A stretch of 64,000 bases of DNA from Bacteroidia bacterium (GCA_965279035.1 OZ257142.1:32001-96000); one strand, 5' to 3'; shown: positions 20,101 to 29,338, counted from the stretch's first letter. Numbers and translations are program-made. The notes: generated by a model from the letters alone, not told the origin.

Positions 20101-23100
20101 TACAAAACCTTCAAGTCCATTTAATTGATATGATTCAAAAGCTTTTCTAGAAAATGCATACATTGGATCATTTTGATTGCAAGATGGAGGTGTGGCATTA
20201 CCATATGCACCGCCAACATTATTAACTAAAAAGTAATTAAAGTCATCTTCTATTTCGCATCCAAACTCAGCAATAGCTTGTTGGTAGAGATTTAAACGAA
20301 GATTAGAACTTGAGTAATCAGCATTAAATTGTGTATTTGTTACAGGCATAAATAGAATTCGTTCAATATAAAAATCAATTCGTGCTGAATTCAATTCATT
20401 AATTGGAAGTATAATTGGATCTGACGGATTTCCATTTCCAGTAAAAAGCGATTTTATTGACCATGCTTGATTTGTTTCAAAAACTTGTCGAATTGCATTA
20501 ATATGGCTAGGAATATCCTCAAAATTCCCAGGTAAATTCGGAGCGGAATTTTGCACAACTATAACATTAATTCCAATTCTTTTGATAGGAATAAATGTAC
20601 TTGAATTGTCACTAGGCTGATAGAATTTAAATTTGTAATAACGTTCGCTGTTTTCTGGAAATACATATGAGGGATCATTAATATATTGAGAACAACCTCC
20701 ACATGCTAAACGGTCGGTTGCCATATAGTTACAAACAACGGTGTTGCTCTCTGTAGATTGAGTTGGAAGTGAAATTTTTGACTCACAACCTGTATTTTCA
20801 GTTATGACAGCATTAATTGTATCTCCTAAAACAGCATTATTTAATATTAAAATACTGTCTTTCCCAACATAAAGTAATTGATTGTTTAGACTAAATTGAT
20901 ATGATTTCTGATTAGGTGAGAATCTTACTACTTGAGCTTTTTGCAAAAATGTATCAACTCCGGTTACATAAGAAGGAGTAAGAAAACACTTACCAACCAA
21001 ATTTAATATAGTAGGAAAAGAATTAATGCTTGTTACCGCTTGAACATTTCCAATTGTGCTATTTCCTGAATAGGTGCCATTGCCTTTATCTTTCCATTGG
21101 CTGCCATCCCAGATGGTAATTTTCGCATCAACAGGGTTAGAACTATAGCACGGATTATTACTCCAACCCAATTTGGCATTTGTTGTTCCTGTTCCTGCTG
21201 TGCGGTCTAATTTCCAATAACCACAACGATTTACAAAACCTAATGTGGAATCTTTGCTCGATCTTGAATAGTTGCTGTTTGGGTCTGTTCCAAAATATGA
21301 AGCTTTAAACGTTGTGTTGCTTGAAACTGAATCGATACTTATTGGTGCATACTGCCCTCCACCACCAGTCGGAAATGTAAATTCGGTGATTCCCATTTTG
21401 CTGATTGCTCCTTCTACATAGGAAGAATCACTGCCTTGTGATGCGATGGCAAAATATTCGAGAAACAGCGAATTGGTATCACTTATTTGTACAATGCCTT
21501 TGCTTAGATTGAGCGCACTTAGAATATGAAGAGGGACATCGATGATAAGCTGCCCATTGGGCTTTTCAACGTTTAATGTTGCCATTGAAAAATCATTAAA
21601 GGTGCCCGTAGATTCAATGTGTTGGTCATCCTCTCCAACAAATCGCATAGCACTCCCTTGATTTAAATCGGGAGATGTGCTGCCTCTGAATTCAAGGTTT
21701 TTGTAAATATCAGAACTACCATCACTTGCTGTCATCACTTTTCCATCACCTGTACATTCGATAATTAAATCATCCCAAAATTGATTGTTAGAAGCATCAT
21801 AATTTAAAAGGAAATACCCATCCGAACTGGTTTTAAAATGAGCCTTTCCATAAAACACCATGCTTCCACCACCTTGATCATAGCCACTTCCGGTTTTGTG
21901 TAATAGGGTATTTCCGTGATAAAAACCTCCATTGGTTACGATGGATGGAAGTTCCACGTTAAGTGGTCCTTGAATTTGACATTGACTCAATACAAGGCGC
22001 GAATTATCCGTTCCTGTAAAAGTTATGCTATCTGTATTGGTTGATCGAAAACCCAATAGATCCAATTCGGAATTTGCAAATGATGTAGTATAAATAGTTC
22101 CGCTACTGCCTTGTTTTATCATACCCAATACAACCAAACCACCCGTACAATTTAAATTAATATTTCCTTGAACGATATTGGTATCGGTTGAATATTCCCC
22201 TAATGCTATACGTCCAGCAGATGAGCTAATTTTTAAATCACCACCAATTGATAAAAATCCATTGCTTGCAATATCGATGGAGCCCTCATCAGTATTAATC
22301 AAGCTGAGATCGGAACGAAATGAGCAAGAATCGTCTAATGCAGTTAAAAAGGAACCAGTGCCAGAATTGGTTAACGAAAACGGAGCGTTGGTTATAATTG
22401 GTCCGAAACGAGGCTGATTTGATTCCGGTCCTATTTTAACAAAACTGGTTGAATCATTGAATGTTGAATTGCCTATGTAAATGGATTGAGCTGAGCAATT
22501 TACTTTAGAGTTAAATATACTACCTTGATCAATATAGAGGGAATTACCTTTTTGATTATCATCCATTTGGATAGATAAGGAATCATCTAGCGTAACTCCA
22601 CGAAACCTTAATTCACCAACAAACCAACCAGTCTCAGAAAGACTTATTGGGGCTCCAGAATGAAAATGAGCATTTCGTGTAAACTCAAGTGCATTTGCTC
22701 CATTGTTCCCAATGAGAACTGGAGCATAAAAATCGACCGATGCCGAATCAGCGCCATCGCAGAAATAGATGGACGAATTTGACTTCATATCGATTCGGCA
22801 AAATCCATTGATCTGTGTGTTAACAGAGTTATGAGCAAAGTGAAAAACTCCAGGATTTAAATATACACCATCATAAGAAATTATTTGTAAACTATCTTGA
22901 AAGGTATCGGGTGCATCATAACCAAAATACAAATCGGCAGCACCTTCATTTGAAATCTTCAATGATTTTTCAAACGTGTTTCCACCGCAATAACTTGGAG
23001 AACTGCTACTAACGGCAATTGAGCTTGCTTTTTTAAAAACACAATTTGAAATAGTAGAAGTCCCAATTAATGCTAAAATAGTGACATCCAATTGTGAATT

Positions 23101-23448
23101 CGTTAATTGAATAGATTGATAAGTTAATGGTCCAGTTATTTGAAGATCTCCATGTTTAATGCTTGCTTCATTCATGGCAAACCGGCCATTGATTGTCAAA
23201 AGATATCCTCCTAAATCGAGTTCAGCACCACTCGTTAGTATTATTGTATAACAATAGGTATTTCCGGATAATACTGGTTTATTGCTAGAGGAATGAATAT
23301 AAATTGTATCTGCCCAACTGGGTGATGAAGGGCTCCAATTAGCAGCAGTACTCCAATTTGTGCTAACAGTACCTGTCCACGTTCTTGACGACGCAAAAGC
23401 ACATTGGTTCAAAATTAAAATGAATAGCAGGAGAAGGAAATTTTTCAT
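17116..23448 (-). CDS. Giant T9SS-secreted multidomain protein: beta-helix-like N-terminus, metzincin (M43/pappalysin-like) domain, right-handed beta-helix, helical segment, CTD
   Basis: Signal peptide from ATG 23448 (MKNFLLLLFILILNQCAFA), HEIAHMLDLVH at 20044-20076, Met-turn-like NNVMGG, and VYPNPN...GIYLL CTD. Confidence 0.75.
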   Translation of the reverse strand: MKNFLLLLFILILNQCAFASSRTWTGTVSTNWSTAANWSPSSPSWADTIYIHSSSNKPVLSGNTYCYTIILTSGAELDLGGYLLTINGRFAMNEASIKHGDLQITGPLTYQSIQLTNSQLDVTILALIGTSTISNCVFKKASSIAVSSSSPSYCGGNTFEKSLKISNEGAADLYFGYDAPDTFQDSLQIISYDGVYLNPGVFHFAHNSVNTQINGFCRIDMKSNSSIYFCDGADSASVDFYAPVLIGNNGANALEFTRNAHFHSGAPISLSETGWFVGELRFRGVTLDDSLSIQMDDNQKGNSLYIDQGSIFNSKVNCSAQSIYIGNSTFNDSTSFVKIGPESNQPRFGPIITNAPFSLTNSGTGSFLTALDDSCSFRSDLSLINTDEGSIDIASNGFLSIGGDLKISSSAGRIALGEYSTDTNIVQGNINLNCTGGLVVLGMIKQGSSGTIYTTSFANSELDLLGFRSTNTDSITFTGTDNSRLVLSQCQIQGPLNVELPSIVTNGGFYHGNTLLHKTGSGYDQGGGSMVFYGKAHFKTSSDGYFLLNYDASNNQFWDDLIIECTGDGKVMTASDGSSDIYKNLEFRGSTSPDLNQGSAMRFVGEDDQHIESTGTFNDFSMATLNVEKPNGQLIIDVPLHILSALNLSKGIVQISDTNSLFLEYFAIASQGSDSSYVEGAISKMGITEFTFPTGGGGQYAPISIDSVSSNTTFKASYFGTDPNSNYSRSSKDSTLGFVNRCGYWKLDRTAGTGTTNAKLGWSNNPCYSSNPVDAKITIWDGSQWKDKGNGTYSGNSTIGNVQAVTSINSFPTILNLVGKCFLTPSYVTGVDTFLQKAQVVRFSPNQKSYQFSLNNQLLYVGKDSILILNNAVLGDTINAVITENTGCESKISLPTQSTESNTVVCNYMATDRLACGGCSQYINDPSYVFPENSERYYKFKFYQPSDNSSTFIPIKRIGINVIVVQNSAPNLPGNFEDIPSHINAIRQVFETNQAWSIKSLFTGNGNPSDPIILPINELNSARIDFYIERILFMPVTNTQFNADYSSSNLRLNLYQQAIAEFGCEIEDDFNYFLVNNVGGAYGNATPPSCNQNDPMYAFSRKAFESYQLNGLEGFVWAFTRHVAHEIAHMLDLVHLYQNGIYCTIEDQDSDFDGLLDLFGVIDGNDLNCPHGQIVHPSGCPPGALVVDPYINDPNDPCYTRTTNNVMGGNYQSYLYYSPNQVGKIHKAASITNLKRFIDDCPYSSTPIGINMNETWELDIRVYNDIIVYPGRTLTITCKVEFPDDAMILIQPGGKLILDGGTLTSSCTMWRGIRLMGIASQPQGTLANTVQGVVEMKNHAVIENAEEGIFMSDAGDNMYGGVTGGIVVASNSTFRNNWRSVSFHPYTFPSISKFTNCLFICDDHLKNPDYFDSQTNYWLASQMFVSAWEIKGVIFRDNIFLNDGDFSIKESCTTTEYPFLSHDRTQGIALYDAQVRVLSTNPNNDDQSDLNADNALRNRFIGLTRGIITRVTNTSIGYNVYSSGSLFDNCRMGIYSENARGDNYINNDFNIPDSDGNTSVIPDPYGIYFYDYRTANKVQLNNFIGSGSAEPYNWGLITRGLQPQSSGINMLIQRNDFTNLQRGFQSEYNNPYLFLKCNDFTNNNYDWHINPLSMSGVFNNQGIGCGPAQYRPGNIFNDQGVGVKHIWAPNNQTPDWYYYARPINVETPVFSSISESGSTTICGSGLSNPCPSGTGALNIISLNAERRQFKFMSDSMELQKQTILENLDGMQTDSLLGILSDTTQSSADLSIVLTLYSPLSDSVLVTALRLENLFSNNELINFMLLNLPATQKVLNELRVLLADTNYYQATRDSLLGLQKENAYVQTHETYKRAAHHFRGEWLTTISKIESSLLERDEWYELAALYKDSLGTGFERSLFSTYLGSDSLDQAEAVLDSITLSTLDDSLFVDYHKMYLNLLRDSLTWLTIDTTILEDIRNMASIPSSVQQYALAVLQLRGDTTIEHYPENAFPPSARLANEAKYNRKSKNILTRVYPNPNDGKFTLQVNDYEGNLIISLVDLSGRLIRQINQLTERNQLIELTCNDLSNGIYLLNILDKDGRVLGHHKISLIH

Positions 23449-23483
23449 GGGATAATTTTTTTGAAATAATGGATATGGAATTT

Positions 23484-23924
23484 TCAATATGCTTTGCCTG
23501 AATAATGAGCTACAATTGTTCCCGCAGCATTTTTTGCATCAATGCTTAAAAAACAATCTCGTCGGTTTACCCAATTACCAATTCCGGCAGAGCAAATGAT
23601 TCCTTTACGCTTGAACCATATGATAGATGAAATAATGCTAAGACTATTAAAAGAAAAGGATTGATCATAAAAATCAGATCCATTGAGTGAGCTTCCTAAT
23701 CTAATTTGTATGGTCGAAATATTGGAAGTATCAGCTACTTCGAAAGCCAAGGTCTTGGTTTCGGTTACAATCAACGAATCGCCACCAAACGAGGAAGAAA
23801 CAGTGGCTGTATCTGTAGTCATCAAGGGCGTCTTCACATGTATTCTAGAGATTGAATTCGGTTGTGCAGCAAGTGTGAATGCGGATAAACAGGCGAAGAG
23901 ATAAAGAATAGATACTTTATTCAT
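23484..23924 (-). CDS. Small exported hypothetical protein, first gene of the T9SS locus
   Basis: Signal peptide, 146 aa, beta-rich, abuts the giant gene. Confidence 0.6.
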   Translation of the reverse strand: MNKVSILYLFACLSAFTLAAQPNSISRIHVKTPLMTTDTATVSSSFGGDSLIVTETKTLAFEVADTSNISTIQIRLGSSLNGSDFYDQSFSFNSLSIISSIIWFKRKGIICSAGIGNWVNRRDCFLSIDAKNAAGTIVAHYSGKAY

Positions 23925-24196
23925 GTGGCGATATTTTAAAATAGTTAAACTAAATAAAGCAACAATTTTCGCAAAAGCAAGCTAACGAGATTAAAATTCC
24001 AGCGAGAGAAGAAAATTTAACATTTGGGAAATTTATATAATATCATTTCGTAGTAATATCAGACTATACAGCTATGTTGCTTTTTAAATGCTCCTCATTT
24101 TTTAACATTCTATCTTTTTAAGTTAGAACTACATCACTATTTCAATCATATTAATTGAGATACCATTCTGCTTTTTACTATGTATCTAATTGCAAA

Positions 24197-24331
24197 ATCT
24201 AGCATGTGCGATTAATTGCCTCGGACTGAAGTCCGAGGGTGCGGAAGTTAGAGATCAGCAATCTGTTTGAGTTTATATTAATCGGATCTAGCATGTTTGA
24301 CACGTAGCCTCGTACTTTAGTCCGAGAGTGC
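24197..24331 (+). repeat. Two degenerate 46-nt direct repeats with REP-like palindromes
   Basis: ATCTAGCATGT..GCCTCGGACTGAAGTCCGAGGGTGC (24197-24242) and ATCTAGCATGT..GTAGCCTCGTACTTTAGTCCGAGAGTGC (24286-24331). Confidence 0.65.
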
Positions 24332-24472
24332 TAGAGAAGAATGCTGCTTTGGAGTAAGGTGTTGCGAAAGCGATAGAGCCAAATGCCGTGCATGGGCGAT
24401 AGCGCGGTGCCATTGAAAATGTAGCTTTGCGGAATTTTAAATGGCATTCGCCCCAATCTATTGATTCTTGAT

Positions 24473-25471
24473 TTATAAGGAATCGCGTAGTTGGTCGATT
24501 TTTTTCAATTGGGCTTTGAAGAATTGATTGCGGATTTTTTCTGCCATGCCGCTAATTTGGATTGATTTCCGTTTCAAGTTATCCATCCATTGCAAGTGTT
24601 GTTTGTTGAAGGCTTCGTTGCGGGTGAGGATGGAGTTGAAGGTGTTGTAGCCAATGGAGGAAATAGCACTTTCGCCGGTACTCACATAAATGGAGTTATT
24701 CCCAATCATTAAATCGCAGAGATACACTTGCAGCACAGCGCCTGTATTTGCGCCATTGTAGCCAATTTTTTGTCCGGTTTCGGTTTGGCGGGCAATGCGA
24801 CGAATGAGTTCTTCCATTTGGTCGATTACAGTCAAAGCCGCGTCCTTGTTGACAAAGAATCCCGCATCCCAATAGAATTTGATTTGTTGCAAGGTGCTTT
24901 CGATGGTTTCGTCGGTCCAGATTTCGGTTCCCGGAATTTCGGCATAATGCTGATAAAGACCTTTTAGTAGTTCGGTATCGAAATACTCTTCTACTGAAAA
25001 TGGGAAATGAGCGCTTTCGAATTCGGGAATATTGAGGATGGATTTCATCCAATAGAGCAACTTAAAGGTAGTCAGTTCTGGAAAGCCGAAATGGTAAAAC
25101 ATGGGAATGTCTTCGGCGGCATAATGGAAATCGGGATTTGAATGTTTGCGGAAGGATTTGAGTTGATCGCTTAGTGTTTGCAGGTAATTGCGAAACTGAT
25201 CGAGGCTTTGATCGAGCGGATTGAATTGAAAAGTAACCACATCGGGCACTTCGTTGTTGAGTGCTTCGAGCGGAATGCTGTAATGCAAACAAATCTTCAC
25301 GGTTTCGTCGAGCGTGATGGCTGTTTCGCAACGCAATCGTCTGTAGGCCCCATCCTGACTGATTTCCAGAATGTCCATAAGATCGCGCGCCAGGTTCACT
25401 TGACCGGGAACCAATGTCTTAAGTAATGCAATAAAACGTTGCTGATGAAAAATGCGGGTTTTGTTTGGCAT
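24473..25471 (-). CDS. Bacteroidota HTH-domain (XRE-like) putative transcriptional regulator
   Basis: N-terminal LARDLMDILEISQDGAYRRLRCETAITLDE helix-turn-helix pattern. Confidence 0.65.
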   Translation of the reverse strand: MPNKTRIFHQQRFIALLKTLVPGQVNLARDLMDILEISQDGAYRRLRCETAITLDETVKICLHYSIPLEALNNEVPDVVTFQFNPLDQSLDQFRNYLQTLSDQLKSFRKHSNPDFHYAAEDIPMFYHFGFPELTTFKLLYWMKSILNIPEFESAHFPFSVEEYFDTELLKGLYQHYAEIPGTEIWTDETIESTLQQIKFYWDAGFFVNKDAALTVIDQMEELIRRIARQTETGQKIGYNGANTGAVLQVYLCDLMIGNNSIYVSTGESAISSIGYNTFNSILTRNEAFNKQHLQWMDNLKRKSIQISGMAEKIRNQFFKAQLKKIDQLRDSL

Positions 25472-25685
25472 AATTCCGTAAGTGTGTTGCTTTTGATTTG
25501 TGTGAAATGCGTAAATGTCAAATTTAATTTGAAAATAATACTAAATCAAGTGTAAAATTGGATCTGTAAAGTGCAAGGAATTATTAATTATTAATAGAAG
25601 CGCGAATGCGTTGGTGAATATCCGTAGAAATGAGGTGTTAAACTGCTGCAACTTTGTCTCAACAAAAAACCAAAAACTCAATCTT

Positions 25686-26813
25686 ATGAAACGTCTGACA
25701 CTTTCCCTTATCTTTTTTCTTGCTACTTCATTTTCTCTTTTAGTAGCACAAACATCACGTCCACTTTTAGCTGTTGGCGAAATTGATGCAAACGATGCAC
25801 TTCTTGGAAATGGCTATTCCACCTTATCAGAAATGGCGATGCGTAAAATGGAGCGTATTGGAACGTATGAAATCTTGGATCAATACGACATGAATTTCTT
25901 AGCGAAACGTGATGATATTAATTTGACCGGTTGTTATTCGAAAATCTGCTTGACTGAGATTGGAACGAAACTGCATGTAGATAAAATGTTGACTGGTAGT
26001 ATCCGCACAGTAGGCGACAACATCACTGTGAACTTCCGGATTTTGGATGTAAAAACAGGAGCGATTGAGCGTTCACATACGAATGATTTCTTGAAAATAA
26101 ATGCTGAATACCGCAACATGATTGAAATTACCATTGATGAAATGATGGGAAATCCGGTGGATGAAGAAATCAAGAAAAAACTCACACTAAAAAACGATTT
26201 CGATAATACCGTGAATAACCCGTATCAATTGCGTTTGCGTACTGATGGACCACGCATGGGATTTACCATGTTCACTGGAGAAACTGCATCAATTTTAGGC
26301 TCAACCCGCAATAAAGGTGGATTTGAAGCGGAGCCGATGATGTTTCAATTTGGGTATCAATTCGAAAAACAATATTTGAATGAAGGAAATTTTCAGGCAT
26401 TGTTTGAATTTATTCCGATGATGACTGGATTAGATCAAGGCCTTTTTATTCCAAGTATTACAGTAATGAATGGTTTGCGTAATAATAAAAACGGATGGGA
26501 ATTCGCATTCGGACCAACCTTTTCGGTGGTAACAAAAAGTCAGGGATATTATACTGCCGACACACATACTTGGACCATCCTAAATGATAGTTTACAAACT
26601 CCTGAAAATGCAGATGTCATTACTCGCCTAGATAGTCGTGGTGATGCAGCTATACAAGCCGGATTTATTTTCGCATTCGGAAAAACATTTAAATCAGGAA
26701 AATTAAATATCCCAGTAAATGCCTTTTTGATTCCGAATAATAAAGGCTTGCGTTTCGGAGTGTCGTTCGGATTTAATGCACGTGATCGTTATGCGTATAG
26801 TGCGGTAAAATAA
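25686..26813 (+). CDS. Exported protein, N-terminal CsgG/DUF2380-like alpha/beta domain plus C-terminal beta-rich domain
   Basis: Signal peptide from ATG 25686; C...CLTEIGTKLHVDKMLTGSI...RILDVKTG pattern. Confidence 0.55.
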   Translation: MKRLTLSLIFFLATSFSLLVAQTSRPLLAVGEIDANDALLGNGYSTLSEMAMRKMERIGTYEILDQYDMNFLAKRDDINLTGCYSKICLTEIGTKLHVDKMLTGSIRTVGDNITVNFRILDVKTGAIERSHTNDFLKINAEYRNMIEITIDEMMGNPVDEEIKKKLTLKNDFDNTVNNPYQLRLRTDGPRMGFTMFTGETASILGSTRNKGGFEAEPMMFQFGYQFEKQYLNEGNFQALFEFIPMMTGLDQGLFIPSITVMNGLRNNKNGWEFAFGPTFSVVTKSQGYYTADTHTWTILNDSLQTPENADVITRLDSRGDAAIQAGFIFAFGKTFKSGKLNIPVNAFLIPNNKGLRFGVSFGFNARDRYAYSAVK

Positions 26814-26843
26814 TTGTCAGCAACGAGTCCTCTTGATTGGGGC

Positions 26844-26877
26844 AAACGCTCGGAGAGAAATCTTCGGGCGTTTTTTT
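26844..26877 (+). terminator. Rho-independent terminator
   Basis: AAACGCTCGGAGA-GAAA-TCTTCGGGCGTTTTTTT. Confidence 0.8.
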
Positions 26878-26947
26878 ATTGAATTTAATTCAGATGAAAT
26901 GATGAAATATTTTGCAATCTTAAAACTGAAATTCTTTTAGGGAATTA

Positions 26948-27868
26948 TTATTTGTTTGTATAAACAGAATCAATTAAGCCTTGAATTTTAGAAGTAAAAA
27001 GTGCGGCTCCATCGACACTCAAATGATCTACATTAAAAAAATGATGCTCTTTAAATGAAGTGTCGGATTGTGCATTTAAATAATGAATACCGTATTTTTT
27101 TTGAAGATGATGAATAAAGTTAAGCTTATCTTTTTCAACTCGTGGATCTAATTCATTTGTATAGTATTTATAGCAAGGAGCTGTAACAAGAATGGGTTCA
27201 ATATTTTTATCTTTTAATGTTTTAATTAATGATTCAATTTCGGAACGAATAAAAAATGTTTCGCCAAATCGAATGCTGTTTTTTATATCTGAATTAAATG
27301 AATTTACTTTTTTAAGTCCGTATTCTTTGGTCATTGCTGAATAATCTGTCTTAACAGCACCATCACTCCATCCTTTATCGAATTTATATTGTTCATTATT
27401 ATAAATTAAATTAAGTGCTAAATTGGGATTGTACACATAAAAGAAAAATGAAAATCGCTGTTTATAATAGTTTCTATTATGCAGATTTATACCATAGTAA
27501 TTGTAATAGAAAAAATCACGGTCTTCGATGAATCCCCAATAAAGAGAAGGATAATCGATACTAATAATGACGTATTTGAGTTTTTTTAATTTAGGAAGAA
27601 AATGTAGAATGATTTCTTTATCATATAAAATAGATTGCGCTCCGTAGGCAATATTATAAGCATTGTTTTTAAATGCTGAGGGTTTAATTCCCATAGATGC
27701 ATGAGAATTTCCAACAACTAAAATTTCAATTTCTCCTGCATTTTGAGTGACATCATTTTTCTTAGCGAGGTATCCGCTATGAAGATGACGCGTTAAATAT
27801 TCGAGTGTTCCGTAACATACCATTAATGGTAATAAGAAAAGAAAGCATTTAAGTAGATACAATTTCAT
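26948..27868 (-). CDS. SGNH/DltD-like partner of MBOAT acyltransferase
   Basis: N-terminal TM, VVGNSH and FFNVDHLS motifs, directly downstream of the MBOAT gene. Confidence 0.7.
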   Translation of the reverse strand: MKLYLLKCFLFLLPLMVCYGTLEYLTRHLHSGYLAKKNDVTQNAGEIEILVVGNSHASMGIKPSAFKNNAYNIAYGAQSILYDKEIILHFLPKLKKLKYVIISIDYPSLYWGFIEDRDFFYYNYYGINLHNRNYYKQRFSFFFYVYNPNLALNLIYNNEQYKFDKGWSDGAVKTDYSAMTKEYGLKKVNSFNSDIKNSIRFGETFFIRSEIESLIKTLKDKNIEPILVTAPCYKYYTNELDPRVEKDKLNFIHHLQKKYGIHYLNAQSDTSFKEHHFFNVDHLSVDGAALFTSKIQGLIDSVYTNK

Positions 27869-27871
27869 TGT

Positions 27872-29338
27872 TCAAAATTGAAAGTAAATGAATTGCTGTT
27901 CTTTTCCAGAAAAGAAAAACACCATAATAATGATCACATAATAAATTGACCAACGAAGTACTCTTGGAAATTTTAAACCCAGGTTTGCAATCGCATAATG
28001 TTGTTCTCTTCCAATCCATTCTAAAATCATGAAAATAATTAATAGGATGAAAATGGGTGGTGATTTTTCATATTCCTTCATGTAGGGTATTTCGGGAAGA
28101 TGAGGAACTGTAAAAAGCGATTTGCTAAAAATGCTTGAGATATAGTCGATGGCTTGTTTTACTCCATTAGCACGAAAGAATATCCAAGCAAACGTTGTTA
28201 AACTAAAGGTGAGAATCATGGAAAAAAGATCTCGAATTCCAGGAATTAATTTGCCCATGGACACGCTATCCAAATTATTTCGATTGGTATTAAATAATAT
28301 GGAAGGCATGATGTAAAGTGCATTTAAAAATCCCCAAATAATAAAATTCCAACTGGCTCCATGCCAAAATCCGCTTACTAAGAAAATGATAAATGTATTT
28401 CTCACTTTCATCCACGTACCGCCCTTGCTGCCGCCAAGAGGAATGTAGAGATAATCACGAAACCATGAGGAAAGCGAAATATGCCATCTGCGCCAGAATT
28501 CGGCAATGTCGCGAGAGAAATATGGGAATGAGAAGTTTCTTAATAAATCAATTCCAAATAGTTTGGCTGTTCCGAGCGCGATATCTGAATATCCCGAAAA
28601 GTCGCCATATATCTGAAAGGCAAATAATACTGCTCCCAACACATGTGTGCTACCTGAATAATCGGAAGAATTATTAAAAATCAAATTAACAAACGTGGCA
28701 CATTGATCGGCAATAACTACCTTTTTGAAAAGTCCCCAAATAATTTGACGTAAGCCATCGACCGCTTTTGAATAATCGAATATTCTTTTTTTCTGAATTT
28801 GAGGTAATAAATGCGTTGCTCGTTCGATTGGACCAGCAACGAGCAAAGGGAAAAAACTCACGAAAACAGAATAATCGATGAAGTTTTTTTCCGCTTTTAT
28901 TTTATTGTTATAAATATCAATGACGTAGGATAAACCATGAAAAGTATAGAAGGAAATTCCAACGGGGAGAATGACGTTAAGTGTCCAAATATCGACATGA
29001 AAACCAATTGCAGAAACGGCACTGGCGAATGAAGAAGCAAAAAAGTTGAAGTATTTAAAAACTCCTAAAAAACCAAGATTAACTGTAACGCTGAGCCAAA
29101 ACCAAAACTTTTTCCAGTGTTGATTCTTTGCGTCGGACATTTTAAGTCCGGTAAAATAATCGAGAAGAGTGGAGAAGATTAATAAAAACAGAAAGCGCCA
29201 ATCCCAGCATGCATAAAAGAAATAGCTGGAAATAAGTAATAAAATATTTTGTAGTTTAAGACTTCTATTAGTAACAAACCAATAGAGAACGAAGACAAGA
29301 GGAAGAAAAAGTAAAAAATTGAATGAGTTAAAAAGCAT
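27872..29338 (-). CDS. MBOAT family O-acyltransferase (AlgI/PatA/DltB-like)
   Basis: MLFNS, LPVGISFYTF, DFSGYSDIA, FWRRWHISLSSWFRDYLYIPLGG, GFWHGA and FIYFQF motifs. Confidence 0.93.
   Translation of the reverse strand: MLFNSFNFLLFLPLVFVLYWFVTNRSLKLQNILLLISSYFFYACWDWRFLFLLIFSTLLDYFTGLKMSDAKNQHWKKFWFWLSVTVNLGFLGVFKYFNFFASSFASAVSAIGFHVDIWTLNVILPVGISFYTFHGLSYVIDIYNNKIKAEKNFIDYSVFVSFFPLLVAGPIERATHLLPQIQKKRIFDYSKAVDGLRQIIWGLFKKVVIADQCATFVNLIFNNSSDYSGSTHVLGAVLFAFQIYGDFSGYSDIALGTAKLFGIDLLRNFSFPYFSRDIAEFWRRWHISLSSWFRDYLYIPLGGSKGGTWMKVRNTFIIFLVSGFWHGASWNFIIWGFLNALYIMPSILFNTNRNNLDSVSMGKLIPGIRDLFSMILTFSLTTFAWIFFRANGVKQAIDYISSIFSKSLFTVPHLPEIPYMKEYEKSPPIFILLIIFMILEWIGREQHYAIANLGLKFPRVLRWSIYYVIIIMVFFFSGKEQQFIYFQF

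Noticed and set aside
24197-24331. CRISPR mini-array
   Set aside because: Only two degenerate units, no cas genes, and a REP-like hairpin explains it better.
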